A stretch of DNA of 64,000 nucleotides from Antedon mediterranea (taxonomy: Eukaryota > Animalia > Echinodermata): NCBI RefSeq assembly GCF_964355755.1, contig NC_092670.1, positions 21,500,795 through 21,564,794 of the forward strand, given 5' to 3'. Positions 51,901 through 64,000 of the stretch are shown here, piece after piece. The position numbers were made by a program, and so were the translations under genes. Positions within the stretch are counted from its first letter, which is position 1. Each line of letters opens with the position of its first letter. The notes beneath the pieces are model-generated. The model saw only the letters and a program-made list of their open reading frames with translations. It searched no databases and was not told the origin of the DNA.

Positions 51901-54900
51901 GAATTAACACCAAATCTTATGGACAAAGGTCTTTATGTTCTCTGCTGCTTCTCTTTGGAAATCTCTCCCGCGTCATTTTACTAAATCAACTTCTATTGCT
52001 ATTTTTAAAAAAGAACTTAAAACGCATCTTTTTAACATCCAATAGAAGCGCCTTTGATTTTTACTTCGGTTTAGTTGATTCTGGCGCTATACAAATACCT
52101 AAATTATTATTATTATATTAGAAAATTCAAAAGAGGGTGTATAGGGAGTTACTAATCATAAAATCGTGTTACAGCTCTACATATGAATAGTAAAAGATAG
52201 TTTGTTTACTTGTTTTCTACTGTATATAGTTTTAATGTATTGTATTGATATTTTTAATGTTTTATATATTGTATGTGTTTTTAAGCATCAAGGAAAACCA
52301 ATTTCATGTTTGCCTGGTTGTGCTCAAGACAATAAAGATTTATCTTATCTTATAATAAAATACAGTATATCAACATTTCACATTATTATAACAGCATTAA
52401 ATCCAATTGATTAATGCAAAATAGTGATGTAAGAAAACCTTTTTTATTAGGAAAATAAAAAAAAATCACCACTACTAACTGGTCCTCCTACCTGTACTTA
52501 CCTTGAACTTGACCTCCGACGAGAGATTTCATTGTAGGCTGAATTGCCATTACTTTTTGTTATTTGAAGAGGACTATGGGTTGGAGGTGGGCGTGTTTGA
52601 TTCACCAAGGTCACTTTGCCACCATAGCTGGACTTGGCAGTTGGACTGGGCAAGCATTCTGGACTATTTTGAATATCATCTACTTCAATCCCCTAGAAAA
52701 ATAATGTTATCTAGGTTTAATAATAAGACCAGTGCATACACACAAACCAATCCACATTATGATAGCATATACAGTAAGCCAAAATAAGAAAATTGGGGTT
52801 AGTTACTAAAGTTAACACAAGATAGATCTAATAATAAATGGTTACTACTGTAAATATCCAGATAAGAACCAAATACATATACTGTAGTGTAAATTGGGTT
52901 AATATGTACCTGTCCAGGATATTCTAAAAGCTCTGTCTACACTATCAAACTTCATGTAACAAAAGAATGTGATATGCCCAAATATGGACACGATGATGTC
53001 ATATTTGGGCAGATAACTACCATACTTGGGATCACACACATCACATCACAACTAGCATTCAGCATTAGTATAGATAGAATTTACTGTACAGTACAATGTG
53101 GCACACTATTCAGGGGACACCCATTTTAATTGACACATTCCTGTAAACTGAACGTGGGAAAACACATGTTTTAACATTATGGTCAACCCCTGTTCAGACG
53201 ACACCCTTAAAAATGGGGCCCTTTGCTGGGTCCAGAAGTGTCTCCTTAATATAATATTGTATTCTTGTATAATTGCAACTGAATCATGTACATGGACAAA
53301 CACATAGGAGTGAAAACACAACTTCCTTGGTGTGAGTAACAATGATGCATTTAGAGTGTAAAGAAATGTATTATTATTTCCCAGATTGCATACCAGTTTA
53401 TTATTAGTTATTAATATATTGTTTTCATAACAAATCAAAACCACACTGTAACTCATTGCCAAGTACAGGCAAATACATTTGACGACTGTAAATGCAAACT
53501 TTAAAACATTATTATTTCCTGATTTCACGGTTTAGTAATGAATCACTTCTTCTTCAGCTTTTTATATAAGTTGGCAAGTTTACAAAGTTTAGCTGTTTCT
53601 TTTCTTCCTTTTCATTATTTTGTGCATGCTTTATGGAAAAACAAGGCATGATTTTGAAAAGGATTTCAAAATTTAGCCTAATCTAAAGACTAATCTATGC
53701 CCAGTACAAAAATGTTACAGTACATGTACAAGTACATGCTAACAACATATTTACCATACTTTTATATCTATTTTTGTTCAATTTTGGACAAAACTTAACT
53801 AACCAGAATTTGATAATTTTTTTACCTTAAAAATTGCATAAAACAAACAATTAAATATCCTCACCTTTGCTTCTAACGCATCAAGTATTTTTTGTAGTCG
53901 AGACAACTCGATCATCGCCGACTGACTCTAAAATAAAGAAAACATTTATATGATGAAATTCTCAATAATGAACTTGTTACATACAGTTAAGCTCTGTCTA
54001 CACCAACTTTATGTGACAAAAAAATGTCATGTACCTATATATGGACACGATGATGTCATATTACTACCATATTTGGGCACAAACTAGTTTCATACCGTAG
54101 ACAGAGCTTAAGATACAACCAATTTATAGAAACAATAGAGTAACCATGGATTTCAAAGCCAATTCTACTCAGCATATACTGGAAAATGTTATCTTTTTCT
54201 TCATAACTTTTTGACACCACTCCCTAGACTTCTCTACAATACATCCAGGGCATCATTTATAAGGAGCGCCTGCGCGACCGCGCTCCTCCGCGCTCCTCAA
54301 CAGGCTTCGACGAGAGCAATTTATCGCGCTCCTTAATTTTCAAAATAGAGCCTAGCTTTTGACAGTGTTGATTTTTCTGTCAAGAGGCCTAAAAACACGT
54401 GGATTTTTAAAAGTTAAAACCAATCTAGGCCTAGGCTAATATATAAGCTAAGTTATAAAGCTACAAGCCTAATGGCAGTCCCTCGTTTTTAAGGATCGCG
54501 AGCGCGATCGCAATCAACAACCTTCGAAAAGGAGAGCAATTCATCGCGCTCCAGTGCGAGGTACCAACAAAGGGGATTCCCCTGCCTGCGCGCATTCAAG
54601 GGCGAGTTTACTTCATCGCCTCATAGTGCAACCAGTACGGTGTCATAGAAACAGCTCCTTTACAGGAAGATCATGTCCCAACCAATAATTTTTCCCTTTA
54701 TGTTTTTATGGAACGAGTTAATAAAATATATTTAATTTTAAAAGGAAACATTAATATAGGAGGCCTAAATATAATGTTTATTATTTAAAAAAGCTTAGCT
54801 GCTGGTTGCTTTAATTATGTCATTTTGAAGATGGATTATTTCTTCGAAAGTTCTAACCAATTTTGGTCACTCAAATCCTCCTCAAAACACGTGCTGACGT

Positions 54901-56264
54901 GTGACGTCAGCATCTTCTAGAAGCTCTCTCAGCCCTCCCCTATTGTGCGTGCGCCCATGTGTGACACATGTAAACACGATCAAATATCTTTCTTAATTAT
55001 TTTAAAATGACACTTTGTAACTTATTATCAATATTTTAATGGCTGTTGCATGTTAGAATTGTATAATTTATGAATTGCAGGTAAATACTTTTCAGGTTTT
55101 CTGTCTGATTTCTAGGCCAACAAGCTAGGCTAGAAAAGCTAGGCTAAAGGCATAGTTGGCCAGGACAGGATTCTCCAGGCTCCTGAAACCCAATCTACCC
55201 AGGCCATAAAAAAAAAATTGGCTTGAGTTTTTTTACTGTAGAATAATACGATCCCCACGGAAAATATTGTGTGAAGGTGGGTGTGGGGGATTTTAGGGGA
55301 GAGGTACAGTATACATTTGTTGTGCCCGGCGGGGGGAGGGGGGGGGGTTATCCCCACCCCTGTCGGGCAAAAAAAATGTGTACAAAAAATTAATAATTGT
55401 AATTTTTTTACATATTTACATAAACATTTGAGGAGAGCGATTTAAAATTTTTTCAAGGAGAGCGAATTGCTCTCCTCGGTGATTTGAGGAGAGCGATTTG
55501 TTGCTCTCCTGGGTTTTGCATACGTGATGCCCTGTACATCCCAACAGTAGAGCTCATCATTTAAGGACACTTTGTTTTGTCCTGAAGGTGTCCCCTAAAT
55601 GGGATGTTTCCTATATCTAAGTAAGATTGATTTTTTTCAACAAAACTCACCTTAGGTTCCACCTTACACCAAGTCTTAGCAACATCGTAAGCATCTTGAT
55701 ATCTGTTGAGTTTGGCAAGAGCTACCGTCTTTCTACTAAGAGCTTTTCCGCTTCGATTCTGGGTCAGGTTTAATAGTTCATCACAATCTTCAATGGCTTT
55801 TTCGTATTTTTCCTTTAAGAGAAAGTTTCAGGTTTTTAAATGAAAACATACAGTGTATACAATCTATACCATCATCCTCTCTTCTCACTTTCTCTCTACA
55901 TCTCAAATTTTGGCCCAGTGGCCAGAGAAAATTCTGTGTTATGCACGTTACATTTTTTGGATGCTGCATTTACACACATTATTTTGTATTATTTCTATTT
56001 TTAAACACTACACCCATTTTTCATAAAAACCACTGGCTTCATGTGAACAGAGCCTAATTCATACATTAATTTACTCTCTAATTTACTTACTAATTTAAGG
56101 TAACACTGTGAGCGTTTGTTAACATAAGATAAGTGTAGATCTTTTTGCGACGTTGGCCGTACATACTCTAGCACTTGAGTGAACAGTACGGCAGCCTGTG
56201 TGTAGTGTTGCAATTGATATTCTTTGTTGGCTTGGTCATGGAGCTCTTTGTGCTTTTCATCCAT
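42966..56264 (-). CDS. HELZ: Helicase with zinc finger (UPF1-like SF1): TPR-like N-terminus, C2H2 and CCCH fingers, PAM2 motif, long disordered tail
   Basis: [79 protein letters not shown]2 [10 protein letters not shown] (~44670-44700), [11 protein letters not shown] and terminal GFYSYFN. Noncoding exon 1 ends at 57224. Confidence 0.95.
44960..46077. mobile_element. Kolobok-like non-autonomous DNA transposon, nested in a small MITE
   Basis: TIR AATGGACCTGAAATGGA.TTTCGATTTT. TTAA duplicated at 44956-44959 and 46078-46081. Purine termini argue against piggyBac. Confidence 0.75.
51830..52118 (+). mobile_element. 5'-truncated L2-group LINE 3' end, second copy
   Basis: Highly similar to the reverse complement of 11089-11360; (ATT)n tail. 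Confidence 0.85.
54246..55534. mobile_element. hAT-like non-autonomous element
   Basis: TIR CAGGGCATCA / TGATGCCCTG. Subterminal GAGAGC(G/A)A repeats at both ends. TACATC duplicated on both flanks. Confidence 0.75.
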
Positions 56265-57274
56265 CTTATAGCCACATTTCCCTGTCATAAAATAAAGTAA
56301 TAACTAATATAATAACTACTTTATTTCAAAATGAAAAACTTGATCACTTAAACTGTTTGTAACAAGGCTGTTTATACAGCATGCAAAATTATTTTACAAA
56401 TACAAATTATACAAAATTAAAAAATACTAGGCCTACAGTTAGTGACACCAACAATCAAAACTTAAATTTAAAAATTAAAATAAAAGAACAAACAAAATCT
56501 ACAGAAATGTAAATGACAGTAACAAAATATTATGATACAGTATGCCTGTCATTTTTTGAGAGAATAAGTCTGAATTATGCCAACTTAATTTTGGATATAT
56601 GACCTGAAGATTCAGTGTGGTTTTGCATTAATTGCACGAAAATTTATCAATCATTCAATATTATATAAAATTATTGTTTTTAAGAGTTTTTCACTTTTTT
56701 TATTCTTGCAGATTGTTCAATATCTATCTCGGCCTAGGCCCTAGGCTTATTTTTTGAAAATGTTTAAAATAAAAGAAAACAATTAGCCTTTATATTAATA
56801 TTAAAATAAAATATTAATTTATTATTATTAAACATGTCTAGGCTAGGCCTAGCCTAGATTAGTCAATACGACATTAATTAATTAAGAAAATATTTTTCCT
56901 AGGCTTAGAGAAATGCATATTGCATGAACATTGCATCCCGGACCCTAGCAAACCTGACATGGCTACCTCACGATTACATCATCTGAAGGTCCTCCTAGGT
57001 AGGCCAAAGTCTAGCTAGGCAACCAGCAGCCAGCCAGGTAGGTCTGCTTCAGCTGGTTCGTTGGCTCCTATTTTTGCACCGCTGTTCAGCCCACAACAAG
57101 ATATTTTTTACCCAGCTGGAGCAATACAAAATCCTTGATTTTATGCCCTGACTTCAGGAAACACAATTTATGTTTGCGAAGAAGCAATAATATTTAAATC
57201 TCATAAAATTAAGTATTACATACCAATAATATGGCTCTTAGAGGGCTATTTCTTCCACTCATCATCAGCCATTT

Positions 57275-58400
57275 TTGTTTTCGCGGAAGGAGAAAGGAAT
57301 TGAACGGACCTTTTTTGTAACGAAATCTGACGTTTATCTTTGCGCGAATTAAACGTCATGTGATTAAACAGGATTCGTTCATTTATAAAACGGGTGTTTA
57401 ATAGTGTTTTTTCTTGTTCTAAAATGAATTCATGACACAAAAATTGGTCGGACACGTGCAGCAGCATCTCAACTAAAAATATGAAATTATTGATTATTAT
57501 GAAAAAATCTAGCTAGAGATTTGCCGCTCCCTGATGTTTAACGTGTAATATTGAAAAGATGTGTAGACCTAAAAAGCAAAAAAGACTGAATAACTTCAGA
57601 AAATACTGAGCTCTAGTCTATAAATTCATTTTTTTTTGTTGCAAATTCTGTGTATCTGTAATCAGAGACAAATGCAATATATCAGCTGTTACGTAATATA
57701 AAATGAGAAAGGGGGGGGGGGGGGGGAGAAGTATACTACTGTATACAGCTATGGTTTCCCTATTAAAATAATAGAATGATCTAGTTTTATGTTTGACCTT
57801 ACGTTTTACCAGCGTTGCGTTTCGTCACCTTCTCTTTTGTAAACCGGCTGCTTATGAGTTTGATATTTTTGCTTTTATTAAAATTCAAATATATACGCCA
57901 TAAATTGATAAAATATTAAAATACCGTGTTATTTAGAAGACAGGTAAGTTGCATTATATGTAAAATATAGTTTAAATTAAGATTAATGTTAATTTTAGTT
58001 GAAAATATAAGGTAGAAAGTTGATCTAAAATGTGCTTGGCCGGTCAGGTGATCGAGTGCATGATATGCGAAGGCTTCTAGGAGTGTAGTAGCCAGCCTTT
58101 GTGTGTGTGTGGATTATTGAGTGAAGCGAGCATGGTTGGCGCAGCTAGCGTGGTCTGACTGGGTGGCTTGATTCATTTTCAAGAGTTAGATCATAGAATT
58201 GGACGATTATACTAGTTTTCTGAGTGGTCTCCCATATTTTTATATTTTATTTGCAGAAGAAGACGGTGGATATGGTGACAAAAACATGGAGCTAATACAG
58301 AGCTTGATCAAAAGAAAAAAGTAAATCTAGAAAACCACGACGGTGTCGCAAGCGTCGCCATGTTGTGACGTCACGGCACGGTAAAGAAACCGGAAGCAAT
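57275..58400. promoter_or_regulatory. Divergent promoter region HELZ/RBBP6
   Basis: CpG-retaining patches, a poly-G run (57711-57726), CRE palindrome GTGACGTCAC (~58365) and ETS-like ACCGGAAG (~58389). Possible RBBP6 5'UTR intron ~57943-58256. Confidence 0.65.
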
Positions 58401-58682
58401 TTACCACACCAAAGAGAAGTTCACGATTTTGCTGGCAACAACACAACTCAGTTCTAAAAAAAGATGTTTTGAATTCTATTTTATCTGTCATATTTGTCTT
58501 GTCAGATTGAACTTGTAAAAAGAAGAAAATAAAAACAAAGACTTAAAAAAAAACCTAATTAAACTAAATAAAAAAAATGTATAATAATATTAAATATAGC
58601 TTGATACAGTAAGATAACTTTAAAACAGTAAGTTCATTGACATTTTTACATCATCTGAAGAAGAAAGTCACAAAAATTAATC

Positions 58683-60048
58683 ATGTCTGTCCACTACAAG
58701 TTTAAGAGTATGATTGATTATGAAACCATCAGTTTTCAAGGCTTAAACATCTCCCTTGGTGATCTCAAGAAAAGTATCATGGAAGTGAAGAAGATTTCAA
58801 ACATGGAGTACGACTTGCAGATAATTAATGCTCAGACTGGCGAAGGTAAAATTCGTCACATAAAAGTGATAGAATCATGTAGTGTACAACCCACTTGGTA
58901 TATCCGTGAAAAAAAATATTAAATTTCTACTGTTAACTACTTATTTTTGGGGTAAAACATCATTTTTTGGTCAAAAATGATTGCTAATTTTTAACCAAAA
59001 AATGATGTTTTATCCCCAAAAAAGTAGTTAACAGTAGAAATTTAATAATTTATATAACCAGTGGGTTGTACACTACATTATTCAATCACTTTTATGTTGG
59101 TTCGGTGGTATTTGCTATGGTTTTTTGGAGGTTTGCGGGGTTTAGCAATCATTTTTGACCAAAAAATGATGTTTTACCCCAAAAATAAGTTGTTAACAGC
59201 ATAAATTTAATTTTTTTTTTACATTGGTATACCCAATGGGTTGTACACTACATGATTCAATCACCTTTATGTTGGTTCGGTGGGGTTTGCTATGTTTTTT
59301 TGGATGTTTGTGGGGGTTTGCGGTGTTTAGCAATACCCAATCATTTTGACTGGCATAAATATACTTTTCGTTTAATGTACAATAGATGCAGATATAAAAT
59401 TGACTAACAAATCATGACTTTATACAATTTATTTATTTTTTTAGAGTATAGCGAGGATGAAAGCTTAATTCCTAAGAATGCCTCTGTGATTGTAATGCGT
59501 GTTCCTATTGGAGGAATCCGAGAAAACATAATGGGGTACGTTAACGTAAACAACAGTATCATCAATAGCCAACTTAAAGCAAATTTTCCACCAGCCGAAT
59601 TTGCTTGCGCGAATCGAAAGTGTCTGCTTATACGCATGCGTGGAGAGAAATTTGGAAGATGGAAAATGAATATGCATCTATTCGCCTAGTGGAATTTCCG
59701 CTTTAGGGCAGCAGATGAAGTACTGTTATTTATATAAAGGATTAATAATGTGTATGTGTTTACAATTAACAGGATTGTATTTGATTGATTTAATGTTTGG
59801 ATATCATCCCCAAATGAAACTGCACTGCAACAATATTAAACAAAATGATTGTAACTACTGTTTCTTTGCACGCTGTAGCTAGTGGTCCTGGCTTTAAAAT
59901 TTAAACGAGGCTGAGCTGTCAACAATATTCTTAAAGGAATTTGTGGTGCTGGTTTAATTGATAGATAACTAATTAACTACCTTAATTAAATTCCTGAAAC
60001 TAATAAATTTTTATCTTTTTTTTTTTCAGTGAAGACACACGCGAACAA
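58683..60048 (+). CDS. RBBP6: RBBP6/Mpe1 homologue, DWNN ubiquitin-like domain; first three coding exons, gene continues past the window
   Basis: Exons 58683-58845, 59445-59535 and 19-nt microexon 60030-60048. MSVHYKFKS..YETISFQGLNISLGDLKKSI..DLQIINAQTGEEYSEDESLIPKNASVIVMRVP. Confidence 0.92.
58858..59275. repeat. ~240-bp foldback plus a duplicated right arm in RBBP6 intron 1
   Basis: 58858-58975 pairs with 58990-59097 and also with ~59142-59275. Confidence 0.85.
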
Positions 60049-60356
60049 GTACGTAATCTATCTTGTGGTTTTAATCGTTTTACATCTTATTCGGCTAAGT
60101 ATATATTTTCACTGTCTTGCTGTTCTTAATTATTTAACGCCTCCCTGAGGCTCGTGTTGTATTTATCTTTTATCATTATTTCGCGATATCGAAATGCTTA
60201 CGTGGTAACACAACACTTTTTTGTTTGTTGTGCGTAAATACGCGTGTTATAAAAGCGAAATATTGTATATTCGGGCATTATTAATTTGTTTAGTGTTTAT
60301 AAAATATGCATTTTTATGTTTGTTTATAATGTGAAATATATTACTGGAATAAAAAA

Positions 60357-60370
60357 TATATATATACTGT

Positions 60371-60407
<37 letters not shown>

Positions 60408-60513
60408 ATATATATATATATATATATACTGTAGATATATATATATATATATACTGTAGATATATATATATATACTGTAGCTATATATATATATATATAT
60501 ATACTGTAGATAT
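60357..60513. repeat. Compound (TA)n-CTGTAG microsatellite
   Basis: About six CTGTAG units separated by (AT)n runs. Confidence 0.95.
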
Positions 60514-63500
60514 AGCAGAGTGTAAAAATAAATATGTTCTTGGAGCTACGAATGAATCCATATTAAAAAATAAACTACTGTCATATTTTATTTACAGTGT
60601 ATTATTTAAATATTAAATTATTTTGATTTCAATTTAGTATACAATGCTGCATGATTGTGTATAGAAATTTCTAAATGAAAACCTAGAGTTAAGTCATAAA
60701 TTTTAGTTACTATTGTGACTATTACCTGATTTTAAATAAGAAAGAAGTGGGAGGGGTTAAGGCAGTTACAATGTCATCGTTCAAATTTGAATTCCATGAT
60801 GCGGATTAATTTGAATTTCATAGTTAGTTTAAAAATAATAGCAATAGCAACTAAGTTACATAATGATAATGAAATATTATAATTAACGATTAAATATTTT
60901 AATCAATGGATATTATAGTAAATATGCTATATGGCAATTTATGCTTTATAGATAGATTCTATTTCAGGTAATATACATAACCATTTCTTCCCACTAAGGG
61001 TTTTCATTTTCAAGTCTTATATGTTGCTATGCAACAACAAATCTTAAACCTAGTCAAGGTAGTGTTATTGTGTACAGTATATTACTGAGTAAATATTTAT
61101 GAATTCTAAGAATTTCAGTATATTGCTGTTACTTTTTATATAATAATTTTATTTATATATTTTTAAATGTTTTTATTTCGACAAATATTTTTCATTATAT
61201 TCAGTTCGTTTTAAGATGATTGCAAAATATTATACAAATATTTTCATAAAAATGTTTTTCTGTTTTATTGTAAGAAGTAGTAATAATGGCATGTCCTCTA
61301 TTAATTATAATTTTAATGAATTAAAATTAATAAACAAAATATTAGTAAACAATGCACAGGTACCGTCTGTATTAAAAGTACAGTGAAGGCAAGCTGGTGG
61401 AGCATGATAAAGTGAGTTTGGAAAGAGAGGTATATACAGTGGTAAAGTGTGGACACAATGGTATGGAGAGGGCATAAGGTTAGAAGAGTCCATATCTAGT
61501 TATGTGGGAGGAATTGGGGTGACAGGGGTGTGCCTGCTACAGATAAGAATGTTTAAGCATGATTGATGTAGTGAAGTATGTATGCATATTGGGTTTCAGT
61601 AAAAATATAAAACATTGATATTAATAAATTAATTAATACATTTTTATATTTCATTTTTGTAATTCATAATTACTAATTTATGATATCTATAGCATACTAC
61701 AAATCTGTCTGTAAATGATGTTCTAATTCTATATCTAGCACACATTTATTTTACAACAAAACTCATTTTTTTAATCCACATTCTACAGTAAACCATATAC
61801 ATCAATTGCTTATTTGAATGTGTTTTACATGAAAATATTAAAAAGTAAATGTTTGATAAACCATAATGTTTTACTATACTGTACTACATATGTTGTACTG
61901 TAAATGACGTGATTAATTAAACTACAGTATGCATTTAAACTACTGTACCAGTGGTAGTGTTCTGAACTCATGGTTGAAGGTGGGCAGTTATCAACAAACA
62001 TACAGTTCTTGAAATTTTAATATATAATGTATAGGTATTGCCAACTATTGTAAAATATATCAAAACAACTGGACAACGTTTCAGTCTTGTCCAAGATGCA
62101 TCAATAAAGTTCCTTGACCTGTGACCTGATATAAGGTTACAGACAGATTCCAAAAAGGGGTCAAGGTTCTGCCTGTGACCTCCATGAACTTTGTTCACCC
62201 TTCTGGTTTGCCACATATCAGTCCAGTTGTTTGATTTATTTTATATTCTTAGTATCTACCTGGATGAATGATGACTTAAATAAACATATTAATCGGACCG
62301 TAATTTTAGTGAATATTTCTGTAAATAAAAGCACTTCTCTGTATGTAAATACAACTTCACATTACATGACAAATTTAAAACGTTCAGGCATGAGTACATT
62401 ATTTTAATGAGAAATGTAGTTAAATAAAATATATCCAATTTTATTTACTTGTGTTCATGAAAATTTTGATAAAGACGCACTAGCCATGGCGTGAAGCTTG
62501 GGAACACAGCAATTTGAAGCGTTCATTCCCGATTGAGTGTTGTAGAAATGACTCGATCGGTTGCCATTTAACTGGTGGTCAATGGTGGTGCCAATTACTA
62601 ATAATAGTAGTTCTCTGACACATTAGAAGTAGCCTAGTAGTGCAAGAGAGGCCCTTGTATACTATATGAGTAGTACTGCCTAAAATACATACGTGATGTC
62701 TTTTAAGCATCAACAAAGAATCATTTTTTTTGTAATTATTGCGATATTGTACTTGAATAAGTGTGTAGGCTAGAATGCAGTGTACTCAGGATAACGTTGA
62801 TTTTTGACAAAGTGATGATGCAATTAGTTCATTTGATGAGTGATGAAAAAATATGATATTGAATATTTGAGATTTCACACAAGCTTTCATTGTGATAAAT
62901 CACTTATCTTGCAAGCCATGGTTCTAAGATACTGTAGTATTACATATTGTCCAATTCAGATACATGTGGTCCTACAATAGAGAGAGCTTTCGATTTGTGG
63001 CTCGTACAGTATTACTGTTAATACTTTTTAACCACTTTTTTTCACAGTTAATAATTTATTGAAATAGTAGTAATGTATGTTACAACCGACTTCAGAAAGT
63101 GCTTGCACTTCACAGTGCATAATAAATGTGGACATGTTTAAATTGTCTAGACTCTGGCGTGTTTATTTTTAAATTCATTAATCAATGTGTGGTGATTTTG
63201 TAGGCATTTAATACTGTATTTAGTTTATAATTTTTGTTGTTGTAAAGTAGATGGGTTTAGTAAGTAGCTACTAAAGTATTATATAATAAGAAAGTACTTT
63301 TTCATAGATTTTTTTTAATTTCTGAGAAAATTATTTTATTTCGTATTACAGTATCCTAGGTTGTGAGTGGGTCTCTGTGCTGTCTTTAGCTAGGCAACAC
63401 ATTGTACCTATATCTTATATTAGAAGGGCCATCAATTCAGGCAGCTGTGAAAGCAGGTGCGGATTAAGCATTATAGATAAGTTAAATATTTTATAAATAA

Positions 63501-64000
63501 TAAAAACGATCCGTCAGGTTGCAGAAGAAAAAAAAAATAGTCATTATTTTTCAAATACATGGCTGTTAAAGGCAAGGTGCGGGCAAAAAATTTATATTGA
63601 TCATACATTCCAATAATTATCGATCTATAGTTTCCCTATGTTTCATAATTTTTGGGATTTTATTTGTGTTAATGAGCTTGTTGAAAATAAGCATTTTCTT
63701 ATCAGTGGGGGGATAGTTCAAATTACACAGTAAAATCTCTATTCTTTTGTACACAAATTTTGTAAATAGAGAGGCATTTTAAAAAGCTATGAAAAATAAA
63801 CGGTGTGGTAAAAAATGTCATCAGACTAAATATAGGTAATATAACTTGAATATTACATTTCTGATATTTTTATTCAACTCAGATTTTTATTTTCATGCTA
63901 TAGCAAAAAATATCCACCATCTTTTTTCACCGTCTAGGGAGTCACCAGACATGTTATTACCTAACTACTGAAAAAAAGTCTTCCTGGTTTTTATGGAAGA

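Noticed and set aside
53106-53528. 140-aa ORF in a HELZ intron
   Set aside because: Non-ATG start, overlaps a MITE remnant and has no recognisable motifs.
57711-57726. Poly-G runs as functional G-quadruplexes (also ~8003, 40370, 55330)
   Set aside because: Simple homopolymers in mixed contexts, with no supporting evidence.
60600-64000. Further RBBP6 exons or a nested gene
   Set aside because: No zinc-knuckle/RING sequence or credible exon recognised; a very small exon could have been missed.

Overview
AT-rich, intron-containing genomic DNA from an invertebrate animal. The proteins look deuterostome-like; the taxon cannot be fixed from sequence alone. There is no prokaryotic content and no CRISPR array. 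Nine housekeeping genes are packed tightly: TAB1(-), LYRM1(+), CCZ1(-), DRG2(-), COX11(-), PDAP1(+), ETFA(-), HELZ(-) and the 5' part of RBBP6(+). A probable tenth minus-strand gene starts near 7.85 kb and runs off the left edge. There are three head-to-head promoters. Introns carry many non-autonomous elements: a ~155-bp Tourist-like MITE in about 10 copies, Mutator-, Harbinger-, Kolobok-, hAT-, Crypton- and Helentron-like elements, L2 LINE tails and a Penelope-type palindrome. They also hold 44-, 69-, 30- and 22-bp tandem arrays, whose long ORFs are artefacts. Main leads: (1) AGGCCT/CTAG palindromic tracts in the first intron of nearly every gene, matching the vertebrate ZFX downstream motif; (2) a predicted 117-aa DWNN-only RBBP6 isoform mirroring human isoform 3; (3) a TAB1 that keeps most PP2C catalytic residues; (4) a HELZ uORF in frame with the main ORF across one UAG; (5) a U12 intron in DRG2; (6) a hammerhead-like core in a LYRM1 intron. 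All exon structures were read by eye, and gene identities come from recalled homology, not database searches.
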